Shown here: one piece after another, positions 60,571 through 64,000 of the stretch
Layout: the number at the start of each line of letters is the position of its first letter
How positions within the stretch are numbered: position 1 is the stretch's first letter
Origin: Asterias rubens
Taxonomy: Eukaryota
Reading direction: 5' to 3'
NCBI RefSeq assembly: GCF_902459465.1
Contig: NC_047068.1
Location: 5,952,001-6,016,000 of the forward strand
Length of the DNA: 64,000 nt
The notes under the pieces: generated by a model
What the model was told of the DNA's origin: nothing
Databases searched by the model: none
The model's input: only the letters and a program-made list of their open reading frames with translations
Made by a program: the position numbers and the translations under genes

Positions 60571-63403
60571 ATGGCTTCTAACTCGGAAAGCACCTCGGAA
60601 GAGGCCCCGTTTTCGGGGGAAGTTGAAGAGATCATGGAGGTTGTCGGCGACCCTGAGAACAGCGACATGGAGGACTCGGAAGGGGAAGGTGATGGGGAGA
60701 GGAGAGTCTTTCTTCCTGGTGACTCCCTCAACGAAGGGGAGATGCTTGTTCGAGATGACTCCGCTTACCACATGTATCATCAAGCACAAACAGGTAGGGT
60801 TTGTGTGCAGGTGCCCAGTTTACGGACAATAGATGTTTGGTTGTTCCATGATGTGTTCTTATTCCTCCACAAATTATTAAGGATAATCTTCCGGACGTCG
60901 CCACCAATTTATCCGCCGTTAATTAACTCCAAAACCACTGAATTTTTTTCTTACCTGTGAAAATTTAGGCTCAATCGGTCATCGGAGTCGGGAGAAAAAA
61001 ACGGGAAAACCCACCCTTGTTTCCGCAGGTTTCGCCGTGTCATGACATGTGTTTAAAATAAATCCGTAATTCTCGTTAACGAGAATTTATATTGTTTTGC
61101 TGTTTTCTCAAAAAGTAAAGCATTTCATGGAATAATATTTCAAGAGAAGTCTTTCACCATTGCCTTCTGTAAACCCTGTAAGTTATTTGTAAATCTGTGA
61201 ACTTTAATTTTTTTTCTGAACCGAAAGGGTCCAATGGCTCCAAAAAAAGAATTGTCATGGTTTTGAGAAATTTCAAATAAAATTGTATTGTCAGAATCAG
61301 ATTGGATGTTTTTCAATATTTACAAACTATTTTTAGCTCCACTTGTATCACCAAATTGATCAGCTTGGCCACGTAACTTTGTTATGTTCATGTATTAATT
61401 TAATCTGTTATTAATTTGTTTGTGAAACAGTGTTTTTAAACATTGTTGTTGATCTATGACACAGGACTAAATGTTTACGAGCAGAAATCACTGATCATTT
61501 ATTCTCTGGATAAAATGCTGTGTCAGACCGCCACATATTAATTAATGACAAAAATAACTAAAAAGACCAACTTTCTGAATGTAAAGAGAAAACAAGATAA
61601 AGGGTTGTTCTTTACTTTGCCTTGTTAAATAGTTGACTACTTTGTTACAGGTGCACCGTGTCTGAGCTTTGATATTCTGAGAGATACCTTGGGAGATGAC
61701 CGTAAATCCTACCCACACACAGCATTCACAGTGGCTGGTAAGAACGAATACTGAAATCGTACAGTTCAACATTCACATCATCAGGCCTGGCGTTGCATCT
61801 TTGAGAAGGCAAATTTTCATTTTGCAATAGGCACTTCCTGTTGGAAATCATAAAGGAACTTTTGAAGGGGTACCAAGGCCATTACCATGGCAACAGAGGC
61901 AATGGCCTCATCATAGGAGGGAGGACAAATTTTTGGTCTATGTGCATTTGAACAGCAAAAAAGTTGTTATTCTCTCCAGATAAATATAATCCATGCTCTT
62001 ACCTCTTGGACCTATTTCTTTCCAGGAGCTCCTTGGAATCTTTATCTTCTATGGTATTAAAAGGTGGAATAGCCATCATTTTGAGAAACCTCCTGAATTT
62101 TGGATCATAGTTTTCCTGTTGTAATTTGTAGGAAGAGCCAATTGGGCAGAAGAGTATACCAAAAGTATCAATAAAGATCCTTTTTATTAGTAATTTCACA
62201 TAAATTATGTATTCCCCTTTTTTTATTACTCTCCACAAGGAACTCAAGCAGAGAAGGCTCATCTAAACAATCTCATCGTCATGAAGATGAGTAATCTCAA
62301 TCGCACCCGGCAGAAGGCATCGGACGATGAAGACTCGAGCGACTCAGACAGTGACAGCGAAGATGAAGATGAGAAGCCGGAGCTGGAGACGGCCATGCTG
62401 AAACACCTTGGAGCAATCAACAGAATAAGAGTAAGGGCTTAGCGTNNNNNNNNNNNNNNNNNNNNNNNNNNNNNNNNNNNNNNNNNNNNNNNNNNNNNNN
62501 NNNNNNNNNNNNNNNNNNNNNNNNNNNNNNNNNNNNNNNNNNNNNNNNNNNNNNNNNNNNNNNNNNNNNNNNNNNNNNNNNNNNNNNNNNNNNNNNNNNN
62601 NNNNNNNNNNNNNNNNNNNNNNNNNNNNNNNNNNNNNNNNNNNNNNNNNNNNNNNNNNNNNNNNNNNNNNNNNNNNNNNNNNNNNNNNNNNNNNNNNNNN
62701 NNNNNNNNNNNNNNNNNNNNNNNNNNNNNNNNNNNNNNNNNNNNNNNNNNNNNNNNNNNNNNNNNNNNNNNNNNNNNNNNNNNNNNNNNNNNNNNNNNNN
62801 NNNNNNNNNNNNNNNNNNNNNNNNNNNNNNNNGTTAGGGTAGTGGTATCTATCCTCCCCTGCCACCTCTCGGGGCACTATGTGGATTAGGTTTTAGTCCC
62901 TTGAATAATTATCTGGGGATTTCCTCCCACAATAAAAACTGAAACTCCTTCCTTGTCTTCTCTCCATTGGGTTCTTGGCTAGTCCTTGGATTCACAACCA
63001 GAATAAATGAAATGAAATGAAATGGCTGAGTTCCTTTGAGGCGTGTTGGTACACGACTGCTTGTCTAGACCAGTCGTGAGTTAACTGTTGTAAAAATGTT
63101 AAAAATAACTGGCCAAGGGCAAGCAGCCCAGTTTAAATTTCAAGCCCTGTGTTTGTTTTTTCATTCACTGAACTCCTGGTTTTTTTTCTTAACAGAGTAC
63201 CACCATTGGACAGAAACAAGTTGCTGCAACGTGGTCGGATACAGGTTCAGTTCACTTGTGGGATTTAAGCGAGGCCCTGTCGGCCGTTGGAAATGCACAG
63301 CGCATGGCACGGTTCATGAGGCAGGCATCGCATAAACCTCTCTTCACATTCACTGGGCATCAGACTGAAGGTTTTGCAATGGACTGGTGTCCGACAACAC
63401 CAG
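60571..63403 (+). CDS. GRWD1: Glutamate-rich WD repeat-containing protein 1, 5' partial; exons 60571-60793, 61651-61737, 62240-62430, 63196-63403; continues beyond window
   Basis: VFLPG...EGEMLVRDDSAYHMYHQAQTG|APCLSFDILRD...|GTQAEKAHLNNLIVMKMSNL...acidic tract...KPELETAMLKHLGAINRIR|...WSDTGSVHLWDL...FTGHQTEGFAMDWCP matches remembered GRWD1/Rrb1. GT-AG sites, phases 1,1,0,1. Confidence 0.95.
62446..62831. other. Assembly gap
   Basis: N run. Confidence 1.
62835..63025 (+). mobile_element. SINE 3' half with (AAATG)n tail, in GRWD1 intron 3
   Basis: Homologous to 35100-35310; tandem AAATG tail at ~63005-63025. Confidence 0.6.
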
Positions 63404-63432
63404 GTAGGTTTGCTGTAGTATTTTACATAAAT

Positions 63433-64000
63433 GGGCCCAATTTCATAAAGCCTGTAAGCACAAAAACACGCTAAACACAGAAAAGTATTGTTACTGTTGG
63501 CAGAATCAGGTTATCAGCCCAAATAATGTTAAGTTTGCATTGTTGTGGCTTGGGCCCAATTCACTTTTTGCTAAGCAAAGAAATTTGTCAAGCAATATTT
63601 TCTGCTTATAAAGGCGATGGACACTATTGGTAACTACTCAAAATAATTAGTGATAAAACCTTATTTGGTAACAAGTAATGGGGAGAGGTTGATAGTATAA
63701 AACGGCTCCCTCTGAAGTGACGCAGTTTTCGAGAAAGAAGTAATTTTCCACAAATTTGATTTTGAGACCTCAGATTTAGAATTTGAGGTCTCGAAATCAA
63801 GCATCTGAAAGCACACAACTTTGTGTGACAATGGTATTTTTTCTTTCATTATTATCTCACAACTTTGATGACCAATTGAGCTCAAATTTTCACAGGTTTG
63901 TTATTTTATGCATATGTTGAGATACAGTAAGTGAGAAGACTGGTCTTTGACAATTACCAATAGTGTCCAGGGTCTTTAACAGTTTGATGAAATTGGGCCC
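63433..64000. mobile_element. GGGCCCAATTTCAT-TIR MITE (family C) with a family A MITE nested at ~63612-63975
   Basis: Begins GGGCCCAATTTCATAAAGCCTG and ends ATGAAATTGGGCCC at the window edge; family A TIRs inside. Confidence 0.75.

Overview
Eukaryotic, intron-rich, AT-rich window with two N gaps (43833-44054 and ~62446-62831). It is most likely an echinoderm, probably a sea star: H3 carries FKTELRF/E81, the C-type lectin has a WLGC motif, and MITE load is dense. I reconstructed genes by hand from splice sites and reading-frame phase. (1) The 5' part of PGS1 (minus; 4 exons, continues off the left edge). (2) A tandem cluster of three divergent beta-microseminoprotein (MSMB/PSP94)-like genes (minus; ~11.6-13.5, 24.4-26.2, 33.6-35.7 kb), mostly invisible in the ORF track. 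(3) An intronless histone H3.3 gene inside that cluster, with a replication-dependent-type stem-loop, a purine-rich downstream element and an AATAAA. (4) A secreted C-type lectin / mucin-stalk / unrecognised-domain gene whose start codon appears split by an intron (AT|G). (5) A FAM104/VCF-like gene head-to-head with (6) the 5' part of GRWD1. Introns and intergenic DNA hold about 20 copies of a TTAA-flanked (Kolobok-like) MITE, several other MITE families, tRNA-type SINEs, L2 and Penelope remnants (with hammerhead-like motifs), a TSD-flanked Pack-type element, and several micro- and minisatellites. No CRISPR, rRNA or intact tRNA genes were seen. All family assignments are from memory of protein and TE families; no database searches were run.
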